Positions 28,927 through 38,180 of a stretch of 64,000 nucleotides of DNA are shown here, one piece after another. Source of the DNA: Longimicrobiales bacterium (GTDB lineage: Bacteria > Gemmatimonadota > Gemmatimonadetes > Longimicrobiales > Gaopeijiaceae); the NCBI GenBank assembly GCA_965203485.1, contig OZ241892.1, positions 896,001-960,000 of the forward strand, read 5' to 3'. A program made the translations under genes and the position numbers. How positions within the stretch are numbered: the stretch's first letter is position 1; every line of letters begins with the position of its first letter. The notes under the pieces are model-generated. The model did no database searches and had not been told where the DNA came from. It saw only the letters and a list, made by a program, of their open reading frames with translations.

Positions 28927-30374
28927 CGGCCGCGGCGCCGGCCGAGAGACGAGACGCCGCCGCCGGACGTTCCGCGGAGCGCCCCCCGGGTCTCCGCCGG
29001 CTTGCCGACAAGGGCGTCGTGCACTTCATGGGCGTGGGCGGGGCCGGCATGTTGCCGCTCGCCGAACTCGTGCTCGGCTGCGGCGCAAGGGTGTCCGGTT
29101 GCGACTTGCGCGGCGGCCCCGCCATCGACGCGCTGGTCGCGCGTGGGATGGCGTTCTTCCGCGGACACCACCCTGACCACGTGGCCGGCGCAGCGGCGGT
29201 CGTGGTCACGTCGGCGGTCCCGTCCACGCACCCCGAGCTCGCCGCCGCCGAAGCCGCGCGCGTGCCGGTGCTCAAGCGCGGCGCGGCCCTGGGACATTGG
29301 GTCGCCGGGGGCAGGGTGGTGGGCGTGGCCGGGACCCATGGGAAGACCACGACCACGGCGATGACGGCGCATGTCCTGGAGTGCGCGGGCGCGGATCCGA
29401 CGTGCCTGGTGGGCGGCGAGGTGACGGCTTGGGGCGGGCACCTCCTCCACGGCGGGTCGGACGTCTTCGTCGTGGAAGCCGACGAGTACGACCGCTCCTT
29501 CCTGGCGCTGCGTCCCGAGGTCGCGGTCGTCACGAACGTGGAGCCCGACCACCTCGACACGTACGGCGACGCGAAGACGCTCGAGGCGGCCTTCGCGGAG
29601 TACGCGGGGCTTGTTCATCCGGACGGCACGCTCTGGCTCTGCACCGACGACCGGGGAGCCCGCCGGCTGGCCGCCGCCGCCGCGCGCGTCCGCACCTACG
29701 GCCTCGGCGAGGACGCGGGCCTGCGGGCCGTGTCGGTTCGTCCGGCGGGACAGGGTTCGATTTTCGCGGTCGTCGAGGACGGGGCTTCCGCAGGCGAGCT
29801 CGGCATCTCCCTGCCTGGACTCCACAACGTCCGCAACGCTCTTGCGGCGGCCGGAGCGGCGCGCTCGCTGGGCGCGTCGTGGCAAGACGTTCGCCGGGGC
29901 TTGGCCTCGTTCGCGGGCGTCGGCCGCCGCTACGAAGCGCTCGGCGCGGCCGCCGGCGTCCAGGTCGTGGACGACTACGCGCACCATCCCACCGAAGTCG
30001 CGGCCACGCTCGCCGCCGCGCGCGAAGCCAACCCCGGGCGGCGGATCGTCGCCGTCTTCCAGCCGCATCTCTACACGCGTACCCGCGACTGCCGCGACGC
30101 CTTCGGCCGGGCGCTGGCCGCGGCGGATTCCGTCTGGGTCACGGACGTCTTTCCTGCCCGGGAGGCGCCGATCGCCGGCGTCACCGGCGAGACGGTGGCA
30201 CGGGCGGCGGCGGAGCGCGGCGCGGCCGTCGTCTACCATCCGCGCATGGCGACGCTGGCGTCCGCCTTGGCCGGCGCCTTGCGTCCGGGCGACGTGTGCG
30301 TGGCGATGGGAGCGGGGTCGATCGGAGAGACGGCTCGCGCTCTCATGGACGTGCTCGAGGAGAGCGCGCGATGA
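28923..30374 (+). CDS. murC: UDP-MurNAc-L-Ala ligase MurC
   Basis: HFMGVGGAGM, AGTHGKTTTT, EADEYDRSF, DDYAHHPTE, FQPH. Confidence 0.95.
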   Translation: MTAAAPAERRDAAAGRSAERPPGLRRLADKGVVHFMGVGGAGMLPLAELVLGCGARVSGCDLRGGPAIDALVARGMAFFRGHHPDHVAGAAAVVVTSAVPSTHPELAAAEAARVPVLKRGAALGHWVAGGRVVGVAGTHGKTTTTAMTAHVLECAGADPTCLVGGEVTAWGGHLLHGGSDVFVVEADEYDRSFLALRPEVAVVTNVEPDHLDTYGDAKTLEAAFAEYAGLVHPDGTLWLCTDDRGARRLAAAAARVRTYGLGEDAGLRAVSVRPAGQGSIFAVVEDGASAGELGISLPGLHNVRNALAAAGAARSLGASWQDVRRGLASFAGVGRRYEALGAAAGVQVVDDYAHHPTEVAATLAAAREANPGRRIVAVFQPHLYTRTRDCRDAFGRALAAADSVWVTDVFPAREAPIAGVTGETVARAAAERGAAVVYHPRMATLASALAGALRPGDVCVAMGAGSIGETARALMDVLEESAR

Positions 30375-31828
30375 GCGGCCGCCGAGCACGGCTGGGCTCC
30401 CGGCGCGGCGCGGCCGCCGGCCGCCAAGGCCGCCGTTCGTCCCGAACCGGCCTCCGCGCGCCAAGGCGCCGCAGGTCCCGCCGAGCGTCCACCGCGCGAC
30501 GGTCCAGCCCCGGCGCGAGCGGGCGCTCGCTCTTGCAGTCGTTGCTGCAATCGCTCCGCCGAGCGTCCCGGAGCAAGGTCGGAGCCGGCCCCGCGAAGAG
30601 ATCGCCCCGTTCCGCCAAGCGCCGCGCGCGCCCTCCCGAGACTGCGGTCCGGCAAGCAGCGTCGCGGGCCGTCGTCCGCCCCGCCGGCACGAGGGCCGCT
30701 CGCCCGTCTCCGCGCCGTGGGCGCCGCCCTGCGCGCCGCAAGTCCACGGCCGCCGGGCGGCCGGCGCGGTCCGGCCGGTTGGCGTTCCTCCGTGGCCTTC
30801 TCCGGCGCCTCGAGCGGCGTCCTGCCCGAGCCCGGTCCCGGACTCGCGCGCGGCGGCCGGGCCGCTCTCCCGGACTGGGTTCCGTTCTTGGCGTTCGTCG
30901 GCGCCTCGAGCGGCGTTCTGCGCGGGCCGAATCCCGGGCTTCGGCGCGGCGGCCGGGCCGCTCTCGCGAACTGGGGGCTCTCCTCGGCCTGCGTCCGTCC
31001 TCCAGGGGCGGCCGCGCGTCCCCACGCCGCCCGGCAAGACGGGCCGCCGCGCTCGCCGGACTGGTTGCCGTCGCGACGGTCGTCGGAGTCGGCGCCGTTC
31101 GCGCCGCCGCCCGCCTGCCGCTTTTTCGGGTCGCCGACCTCGACGTGACGGGGCTCGCCTACGTCGCCGAGGACGAGGTGCGCGCCCTGGCCCAGTTGGT
31201 CGGCGGCGCGAGCATCTGGGGATCCAAGGACGAGTGGCGACGGCGCATCGAGTCCCATCCCATGATCGAATCGGTCGAGATCGCGCGCCGTCCCCCCTCC
31301 ACGCTCGTGCTCCGAGTCGCGGAAGCGAAGCCCGTCGCGCTGGTCGCCTCGCCGCTGGTCATGGCCGTGGACCGGCACGGCGCCCTGCTTCCCATCGATC
31401 CGACGGACCCCGTCCTCGACCTCCCGCTGGTCGCCGTGCTCCGGCCCGACTCGGCGGGCGACGACGGATTGGCGCTGCTCGCCCGCGAAGTCGAGCAAGT
31501 CGCTCAAGCCGCGCCCGAGGTCTTCGCGGTCATCTCGGAAGCGCACCTCGACGGCAATCTGGTCACGTTCTTCGTCGGCGACTCGGGACTCGGGATCCGC
31601 TACGCTCCTCCGATCTCGGAACGGCGCCTGCGCGCGGGGATCGTTGCCATGAACGACGCCCTCGAGCGCTTTCCCGAAAAGCCTCCGGCCGAGATCGACC
31701 TCCGCTTCGCGGACCAAGTCGTGGTACGCACCGCGGCCGCACTCGAGCCGGAAGCGGTCGCCTCCGCGGGTCCACCCGCGAGACGGCGCGCGCCGGACGG
31801 CGGATCCTCGCCGGGAGCGGCGTCGTGA
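30371..31828 (+). CDS. ftsQ: Cell division protein FtsQ/DivIB with a possible long Arg/Ser-rich N-terminal extension
   Basis: TM helix near 31050, POTRA-like FRVADLDVTG..IESHPMIESVEIARRPPSTLVLRVAE, C-terminal IDLRFADQVVVR; ATG overlaps the murC stop; true start uncertain. Confidence 0.85.
   Translation: MSGRRARLGSRRGAAAGRQGRRSSRTGLRAPRRRRSRRASTARRSSPGASGRSLLQSLLQSLRRASRSKVGAGPAKRSPRSAKRRARPPETAVRQAASRAVVRPAGTRAARPSPRRGRRPARRKSTAAGRPARSGRLAFLRGLLRRLERRPARARSRTRARRPGRSPGLGSVLGVRRRLERRSARAESRASARRPGRSRELGALLGLRPSSRGGRASPRRPARRAAALAGLVAVATVVGVGAVRAAARLPLFRVADLDVTGLAYVAEDEVRALAQLVGGASIWGSKDEWRRRIESHPMIESVEIARRPPSTLVLRVAEAKPVALVASPLVMAVDRHGALLPIDPTDPVLDLPLVAVLRPDSAGDDGLALLAREVEQVAQAAPEVFAVISEAHLDGNLVTFFVGDSGLGIRYAPPISERRLRAGIVAMNDALERFPEKPPAEIDLRFADQVVVRTAAALEPEAVASAGPPARRRAPDGGSSPGAAS
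30803..30994 (+). repeat. Imperfect tandem duplication, 2 x 96 bp, in the ftsQ 5' region
   Basis: CGGCGCCTCGAGCGGCGT...GCGCGGCGGCCGGGCCGCTCTC at 30803 and 30899; period is a multiple of 3 (RRLERR..ARRPGRS). Confidence 0.85.
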
Positions 31829-33045
31829 GACTCATCGCCGGCCTCGACATCGGCTCCACGCACACGCGCGCCGTGATAGGCGCCGTCGTCGACGAGCTCA
31901 CCCGTCCCGAGCTGCGCATCCTGGGCGTGGGCCGCAAACAGACCGCCGGCGTGCGTCGCGACGCCGTCATCGACCTGGAAGAGGCGACGACGAGCATCCG
32001 CGGCGCCCTCGAGGAAGCGGAGCTGATGGCCGGAGCAAGCGTGGACCGCGTCTACGTGGGCGTCTCTGGCGACCACGTGGACGCTCATCGTTCGGTCGGC
32101 GTGGTCGCCGTCTCCGCCAAGGAGATCGTGCTTCGCGACGTCGATCGCGTGCACGAGGTGGCGCGAGCGGTGCCGATGACCCGCGACCGGGAGCTGCTGC
32201 ACGCCATTCCCCAGGACTACGCAGTGGACCGGCAGCGCGGCGTCACCGATCCCGTCGGCATGTCCGGCACGCGCCTCGAGACGGACCTCTGCCTCGTCAC
32301 CGCTTCGGCCAGCGTCGTCGAGAACATCACGCGGGCGGTCGAGAAGGCGGGCTACCGGGTGCAGGACCACATCCTGGAGCCGCTGGCGTCGGCCCGCGCC
32401 GTCCTCGCCGAGGACGAGAAGGAACTCGGCGTGGCCATGATCGACCTGGGCGACGCCGCGACCGGCTTCACCGTCTACTTCGAGGGCAAGATACGCGACC
32501 TGCGCGTGCTCCCGGTGGGCGGGGCGACCCTGACCAGCGATCTCATTCGCGGCCTGTCGATCCCGTTCGCCGAAGCGAAGCGCGTCAAGGAAATGCACGG
32601 CGCTGCCCTGTGCGAGGTCGTGGACCCGGTCGAGACGATCGAGTTGCCCGGTGCGAACGGAGACCGGCGCGCCGTGTCCCGGCGCTCGGTCGCCGAGATC
32701 ATGCAGGAACGGATCGAGAACGTCTTCCAGCACCTGCGCCAGCGCATCCAGGGCCTCCATCCCGAAGTCTGCCTGAGCGCCGGCATCGTCATCGTGGGCA
32801 AGGGAGCGGCGATTCCGGGAATCACCGACTTGGCCCGCAAGCGCTTGGCGTCGCCGGCCCGCGTCGGGACCGCCCGGGAGGGTCTGTCGGGGCTGGTGGA
32901 CGCTGTAGCCAAGCCCGACTTCGCGGCCGCCGCCGGACTCGCGCTGCTCGGCGCGGACTACTTCATGGAAACCGGAGAGGGAGCGTCGACGGCCGCGTCG
33001 GGAGTCGCCACCCGCGTGGCCGCCTGGCTCAAGGAGTTCTTCTGA
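31825..33045 (+). CDS. ftsA: Cell division protein FtsA
   Basis: IAGLDIGST, AELMAG, HAIPQDY, DPVGMSG, EKELGV, C-terminal amphipathic WLKEFF. Confidence 0.93.
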   Translation: MRLIAGLDIGSTHTRAVIGAVVDELTRPELRILGVGRKQTAGVRRDAVIDLEEATTSIRGALEEAELMAGASVDRVYVGVSGDHVDAHRSVGVVAVSAKEIVLRDVDRVHEVARAVPMTRDRELLHAIPQDYAVDRQRGVTDPVGMSGTRLETDLCLVTASASVVENITRAVEKAGYRVQDHILEPLASARAVLAEDEKELGVAMIDLGDAATGFTVYFEGKIRDLRVLPVGGATLTSDLIRGLSIPFAEAKRVKEMHGAALCEVVDPVETIELPGANGDRRAVSRRSVAEIMQERIENVFQHLRQRIQGLHPEVCLSAGIVIVGKGAAIPGITDLARKRLASPARVGTAREGLSGLVDAVAKPDFAAAAGLALLGADYFMETGEGASTAASGVATRVAAWLKEFF

Positions 33046-33101
33046 TGCAGCGGAGCCGTTCACGGAACCGGGACGGAAAGTCCCACAAAGGAGAAGAGCA
33101 G

Positions 33102-34571
33102 ATGATCTTCGAACTGGACGAAGCGCCCCGCACAAGCGCGCTGATGCGCGTCATCGGCGTGGGCGGAGCCGGCGGCAACGCCGTCAACCGAATGATCGAC
33201 GAGGACTTGGAGGGCGTCGAGTTCATATCGGCGAACACGGACGCCCAGGCCCTGAGCCAGTCCAAGGCGTCGAAGCGCATCCAGCTCGGCAAGCGGCTGA
33301 CGCGCGGCCTCGGGGCAGGGGCCCGGCCGGGCGTCGGACGCCAAGCCATCGCCGAGGACGCGGACGAGGTGCGCGGAATCCTCGACGGCTCCGACCTCGT
33401 GTTCATCGCCGCCGGCATGGGGGGCGGCACCGGGACGGGCGCCGCGCCGGTAATCGGCGAGATGGCGCGCGAACTCGGCGCGCTGGCCGTGGCCGTTGTG
33501 ACGCGTCCGTTCTCCTTCGAGGGGAAGAAGCGCATGCGGCAGGCCGAGCAAGGGCTCGCGGAACTGGCCCGCGCGGTCGATACTATGATCGTCGTGCCCA
33601 ACGACCGGCTGCTGGCGGTCACGGGCAAGGGCATGTCGTTCGGTGACGCGCTCAAGAAGGCCGACGAAGTGCTGCTTCACGCCACGCAAGGCATCAGCGA
33701 CCTCATCCGCGTGAGCGGCGACGTGAACGTGGACTTCGCGGACGTGCGCACGGTCATGTCGTCCTGCGGGGCGGCTCTGATGGGCACGGGCACCGGGAAA
33801 GGGGAGGCGAGGGCGGTCAAGGCCGCGCAGGACGCCGTGACGTCGCCCTTGTTGGACAACGTCTCGATCCTGGGAGCGAAGGGAGTGCTGATCAACATCA
33901 CCGGCGGCTCCGACCTGGCCATCGGCGAGGTCACCGAGATCTCGACGATGATCCAGGAGGCGGCGGGCGAGGAGGCGGAGATCATCTTCGGCGCGGTCCA
34001 GGACTCGGCGATGGAAGGCGAAGTCAGGGTGACGCTCATCGCAACCGGCTTCGAGGCCGAGGCCGAGCCGGGACTGGATGTCGCGCCGGCCGCCGTTCCC
34101 GAGCCCGGCCGCCGGTTCGGCCAGCCGGGGGGCCCCGTCGCCGAGCGCCGCCGGCCGTTCGGCCACTCCGGCGCGCAGGACGGCCCCCGGTTGCCGCTCG
34201 GCGGCGCCGCAGGCGCGACGGGCATCGGCCGGGCGGCGCCGGAGTCCTCGCGGCAACCGGCCTTGGGCCGTCCCGGCGGCCTGGCCGACCGCTCGAGCTT
34301 CGGCCCGGCCGGCGGCGCAGGCGGCCGTCCGGGCCTCGGCCAACTGGCGGCCCAGGCAGTCCCGGCGGGCGCCCAGGGCCGGTTTCTGCCGGGCGGCTCG
34401 GCCGGCGAGAACGGCCGGGCGGTCCGGAGCGAGGCGAACGGCGCGGGAGCCGCGCTCCGCGTCGGGCACGACCCGGCAACCGCCTCGGACTCCTCGTCGT
34501 ACGCCCGCCCGGCGATCTCGCCCGTCCTGGACCTCGAACTGCCCACGTTCATCAAGAGGATCAGCGTCTGA
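33102..34571 (+). CDS. ftsZ: Cell division GTPase FtsZ
   Basis: GVGGAGGNAV, NTDAQ, GMGGGTGTG, NVDFAD, C-terminal DLELPTFIKR; RBS GGAG. Confidence 0.97.
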   Translation: MIFELDEAPRTSALMRVIGVGGAGGNAVNRMIDEDLEGVEFISANTDAQALSQSKASKRIQLGKRLTRGLGAGARPGVGRQAIAEDADEVRGILDGSDLVFIAAGMGGGTGTGAAPVIGEMARELGALAVAVVTRPFSFEGKKRMRQAEQGLAELARAVDTMIVVPNDRLLAVTGKGMSFGDALKKADEVLLHATQGISDLIRVSGDVNVDFADVRTVMSSCGAALMGTGTGKGEARAVKAAQDAVTSPLLDNVSILGAKGVLINITGGSDLAIGEVTEISTMIQEAAGEEAEIIFGAVQDSAMEGEVRVTLIATGFEAEAEPGLDVAPAAVPEPGRRFGQPGGPVAERRRPFGHSGAQDGPRLPLGGAAGATGIGRAAPESSRQPALGRPGGLADRSSFGPAGGAGGRPGLGQLAAQAVPAGAQGRFLPGGSAGENGRAVRSEANGAGAALRVGHDPATASDSSSYARPAISPVLDLELPTFIKRISV

Positions 34572-34627
34572 ACGTCCCCGGAAGCCGCCCCTCGGTCCCG
34601 TTGCCGTCCAGGCGTCCGCCGCCGTCC

Positions 34628-35941
34628 ATGGACCAGCGCCCGAGCGTCCCCGCGCACCGGCGCGCCGCCTTTGGACGCGCGCTCGCCGGGCTTCTCGTCG
34701 CGGCCGCCGGGGCTCTCTCGTGCGGCGAGTCCGTTCCCTTCGCGGGCGAGCTGCCCCTCGTGGAGGCCCGCCCGCCGGAACGCGTGGACGCTCGCTCGCT
34801 CGCGGCGGGTTCGACGTTGGGCGCCCTGTTGGAGACGGCGGGCCTCCAACGCCGGGACCACGACAACGTCCTGCTGGCATTTTCCGAGTTTGCGGACCCG
34901 CGCAGACTGCGGCCCGGCGTTGCCGTGCGCGTCCTTTGGCGGGGCGTGCCCGAGACGCTGGCCGGCGTGGACGTGGCGGTTGACCGCGACCGCACCGTGG
35001 TGCTTCGGCGCGACGGGCCCGCTTGGTCGGCTCTCGAAGCGGTCGCGCCCGTCTTCACCGACACCTTGTCCGCGACGGGCGTCATCGAGACCATGCTCTG
35101 GTCGGCGGTCGTGGAGCTGGACGCGCTGGCCGGGATGCCCCGGTCGGACCGGGAGCGGATTCTCCACGGGCTCGACCAGGTGTTTCAGTGGCAGGTGGAC
35201 TTCTCGCGCCAGATCCGCGTCGGCGACTCGTTTCGCTTCGTGCTGGAGCGGCAGGTGCGCGAAGACGGCAGCATGCGTTCCGGACGGCTGCTGGCCGCGG
35301 AGCTGGTCAACGAGGGGCGCGCGCACCACGCCGTCTGGTTCGATCCCAACGGAGACGGCGACGGCACGTGGTACGACATGGAGGGCCGCTCCGTGCGCCG
35401 GGCCTTTCTTCGCAAGCCGCTGGACTTCAGGCGCATCTCTTCGCGCTTTTCGCCGTCCCGGCGGCATCCCGTGCTCGGCACGTGGCGCGCGCACCGAGGC
35501 GTCGACTACGCGGCCGACGCGGGCACGCCCGTCATGACGACCGGCGCCGGCGTCGTCGTCCGCCGCGGCTGGAGCGACACGTACGGCCGGGTTCTCGACG
35601 TCCGCCACCCCAACGGGTTTCTCACGCGCTACGCGCACCTGCGCAGCTTCAGGCGCGGTCTCGCGGTCGGCTCGCGGGTAACGCAAGGCCAGGTCGTCGG
35701 CTACGTCGGCATGTCCGGCCTGGCGACCGGCCCGCATCTGCACTACGAGATGCATGCGGCCGGCCGGCCGGTGGACCCGCTGGCGATCGAACTGCCCGCC
35801 GGCGACCCCGTCCCCAGCGAGAACCGGGCGCAGTGGGAGCGCGAGAGCGGCGCGCGCCTTGCGATGCTGTTCGGGTTGCCCGGCCCGGAAGCGTGGACCG
35901 CCGGGCGCACCGGCGCCGGGGCGGACGGCCCCGGATCCTGA
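34628..35941 (+). CDS. M23-family peptidoglycan endopeptidase (MepM-like), possible lipoprotein
   Basis: ISSRFS..R-x-HPV, HRGVD (HxxxD), YAHL, GPHLHYE (HxH); lipobox-like GALSC. Confidence 0.9.
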   Translation: MDQRPSVPAHRRAAFGRALAGLLVAAAGALSCGESVPFAGELPLVEARPPERVDARSLAAGSTLGALLETAGLQRRDHDNVLLAFSEFADPRRLRPGVAVRVLWRGVPETLAGVDVAVDRDRTVVLRRDGPAWSALEAVAPVFTDTLSATGVIETMLWSAVVELDALAGMPRSDRERILHGLDQVFQWQVDFSRQIRVGDSFRFVLERQVREDGSMRSGRLLAAELVNEGRAHHAVWFDPNGDGDGTWYDMEGRSVRRAFLRKPLDFRRISSRFSPSRRHPVLGTWRAHRGVDYAADAGTPVMTTGAGVVVRRGWSDTYGRVLDVRHPNGFLTRYAHLRSFRRGLAVGSRVTQGQVVGYVGMSGLATGPHLHYEMHAAGRPVDPLAIELPAGDPVPSENRAQWERESGARLAMLFGLPGPEAWTAGRTGAGADGPGS

Positions 35942-35972
35942 CGGCGGGGATCCGCGGGTTGCGGCTTCCGCG

Positions 35973-38123
35973 GTGACGGTCGCCCTGGTCGTCCTGGCCC
36001 TCGCCGCCGGCCTCGCCGTCTGGGTGTACTTCCGCTTGGAGTTCGCCTCGCCCGGACGGCCGTTTCTCCTGGCCGCCCGGCTGGCCGCGCTGGCGGGGCT
36101 GGCCGCGATCCTCTGGAATCCCGACGTGGCGGACTGGAGCGAGCGCGGCCGGCCGCCTCGCTACGTGCTGCTCGACGCCAGTCTCTCGATGACGGCCACG
36201 GGACGCGACGGCGCCGCGCTTTGGGACGGCGCAGCGGCGCGAGCCGAGGCGTTGGCGGCGGAGGGCGCGCGGGTCTTGCTGGCCGGCACGGGCGGCGCTG
36301 GCGGCGACTCGCTTCGCTCGGTGTCCCCGGACGCCACGGAGTCGCGCTTGTCGGCGGCGTTCTCGGTGGCCGCCGAGGCGGGCGCCGGCGAGGTCGTGCT
36401 GCTGACGGACCGCCGCGTGCAGGATCCGGTCGCCCTCGCCGCCGCGGCGCGCAGGCTGGGCGTGGGACTGTCGGTGGACACCGCCTGGGCGCCGGACGCG
36501 GCCGCGCCGAACCTGGGCGTGTCGCGATTGCTCGTGCCGCCGGCGTCGGGCAGTTCGTCGCCGCTGGCCGGCCGGGTGGGCGTGGAAGGGGACTGGGGCG
36601 CGGACTCGGTCTCCGTGCTGGTGTCGGTCGACGGCGTCGTCCGCGAAGTTCTCCGGCTGGGCGGCTTCCCCGGCTGGGGCGCCCGCGTCGCCGACTTCGT
36701 CGTCGCCCCGCCGATCGCTCCGGGCCCCCGGCGCGTCTCGGCCACCATCGTTCGCGGGGACGGCGCGGGTCCGGTCCCGGCCTCGCCCGGCGCCGGACCT
36801 GCCCCGGCCGAGTTCGCGGACGCCTTCCCGCTGGACGACGAGCGCGTGGCGATCGTGCGCATCGACTCCGACGAGACCGGCGTTCTCCTGGTCGCGCTGG
36901 CGCCCGATTGGGAAGCCCGCTTCCTGTTGCCGGTTCTCGAGCAGGCGACAGGGCTTCCGGTCCGGGGATACCTGCGCACGGGCCCGGACCGCTTTCATCC
37001 GATGGTCTCTCCGACGGCCGCCGCCGCCGAAGAGGAAGTTGGCGCCGCGGCGCTGGCGGACATGGTTCGGCAGGCGCGCCTGGTCGTCGCGCTGGGCGCC
37101 CGCGCGTCCGGCCCCGACGCGGTGGGCGACGCGATCGCCGGCGCAGACCGAAAGATCGTCTTCGCCGCCGATGCCGCCGCCGCCGGGTTGGCGAACGCGA
37201 CCCGCCCCCTCCGGGGCGAGTGGTACGCGGAGGCGGCTTCGCCCTCTCCCTTGGCGGGCGACTTGGCGGGCGTGTCTTGGCGCGGACTGCCGCCGCTCGC
37301 GAGGCTGCTGCCGGCCGGACAAGGACCGCGGCGCGCGGCGCTGGCCGCGCGGCGGAACGGCGGCGCCGAAGCGCATGCCGCCGTCGTGCTGGACGAGACC
37401 GGCGAGCGGCGCGTGGCCACAGCCCTTGCCGGCGGCTTCTGGCGCTGGGCGGCGCGAGGAGGCCGTCCTCGCGAAGCGTACCGCCGGTTGTGGGCCGCGG
37501 TCGGGGGCTGGACGATGGCCGGCGGTCCGCCGCCGCCCGCCTCCGGCACTCGCCCTGCGGACGACGTCGCGGAGCGGGGCGCGCCGGTGCGCTGGCTCAC
37601 GGCCGGCGAGGCGGGCGACTCGCTTCGCCTGACCATCGCGCGCAACTCCGGCCCGCGCGCCGCCGCCGCGCCGCCGCCCGCCGCCCGCGACGCCGGACCC
37701 GCCGCCGAACCGCAAGCGTCCTCTGCCGCCGCCCCGGCTCGAGCCGAGTCGCCGCCGGTTGCGCCCGTCCCCGCCGCCGCACCGCCGCCGCCTCCCTTCG
37801 CCGCCGCCGCCCCAGCGCTCGACACGGCGCTCGCGCTCCCGGTTCCCGGCGCCGCCTTCGCCACGCCGAGCCTGCCGCCCGGCACGTACCGGTACCGCGC
37901 CTCGTCCTCCTCCGGCACGACCGAGGGAACCTTCGAGGTCGCGGCCTTCACCGCGGAGATGCTGCGACCCGCCGTCGCGCCGTCCGTGCTCTCGGCGCCC
38001 TCCGCGGACGGCGGCGCCGGACGTTCCCGCCGCCCGCTTCGGACTTCGTCGCTTCCCTATCTTCTGGTCCTCGCGGCCCTCTGCGCCGAGTGGGTCGGAC
38101 GGAGGCGCGCCGGGCTGCGGTAG
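35973..38123 (+). CDS. Hypothetical membrane protein with vWA-like MIDAS motif
   Basis: Two N-terminal TM helices, LLDASLSM (DxSxS), LLTD, C-terminal TM ending AEWVGRRRAGLR; start uncertain. Confidence 0.6.
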   Translation: MTVALVVLALAAGLAVWVYFRLEFASPGRPFLLAARLAALAGLAAILWNPDVADWSERGRPPRYVLLDASLSMTATGRDGAALWDGAAARAEALAAEGARVLLAGTGGAGGDSLRSVSPDATESRLSAAFSVAAEAGAGEVVLLTDRRVQDPVALAAAARRLGVGLSVDTAWAPDAAAPNLGVSRLLVPPASGSSSPLAGRVGVEGDWGADSVSVLVSVDGVVREVLRLGGFPGWGARVADFVVAPPIAPGPRRVSATIVRGDGAGPVPASPGAGPAPAEFADAFPLDDERVAIVRIDSDETGVLLVALAPDWEARFLLPVLEQATGLPVRGYLRTGPDRFHPMVSPTAAAAEEEVGAAALADMVRQARLVVALGARASGPDAVGDAIAGADRKIVFAADAAAAGLANATRPLRGEWYAEAASPSPLAGDLAGVSWRGLPPLARLLPAGQGPRRAALAARRNGGAEAHAAVVLDETGERRVATALAGGFWRWAARGGRPREAYRRLWAAVGGWTMAGGPPPPASGTRPADDVAERGAPVRWLTAGEAGDSLRLTIARNSGPRAAAAPPPAARDAGPAAEPQASSAAAPARAESPPVAPVPAAAPPPPPFAAAAPALDTALALPVPGAAFATPSLPPGTYRYRASSSSGTTEGTFEVAAFTAEMLRPAVAPSVLSAPSADGGAGRSRRPLRTSSLPYLLVLAALCAEWVGRRRAGLR

Positions 38124-38180
38124 GACGCCGCCGCGCCGCCGCCGCGGTCCCGACGCACTCCCGCCGAGGCATCCGTCCCC

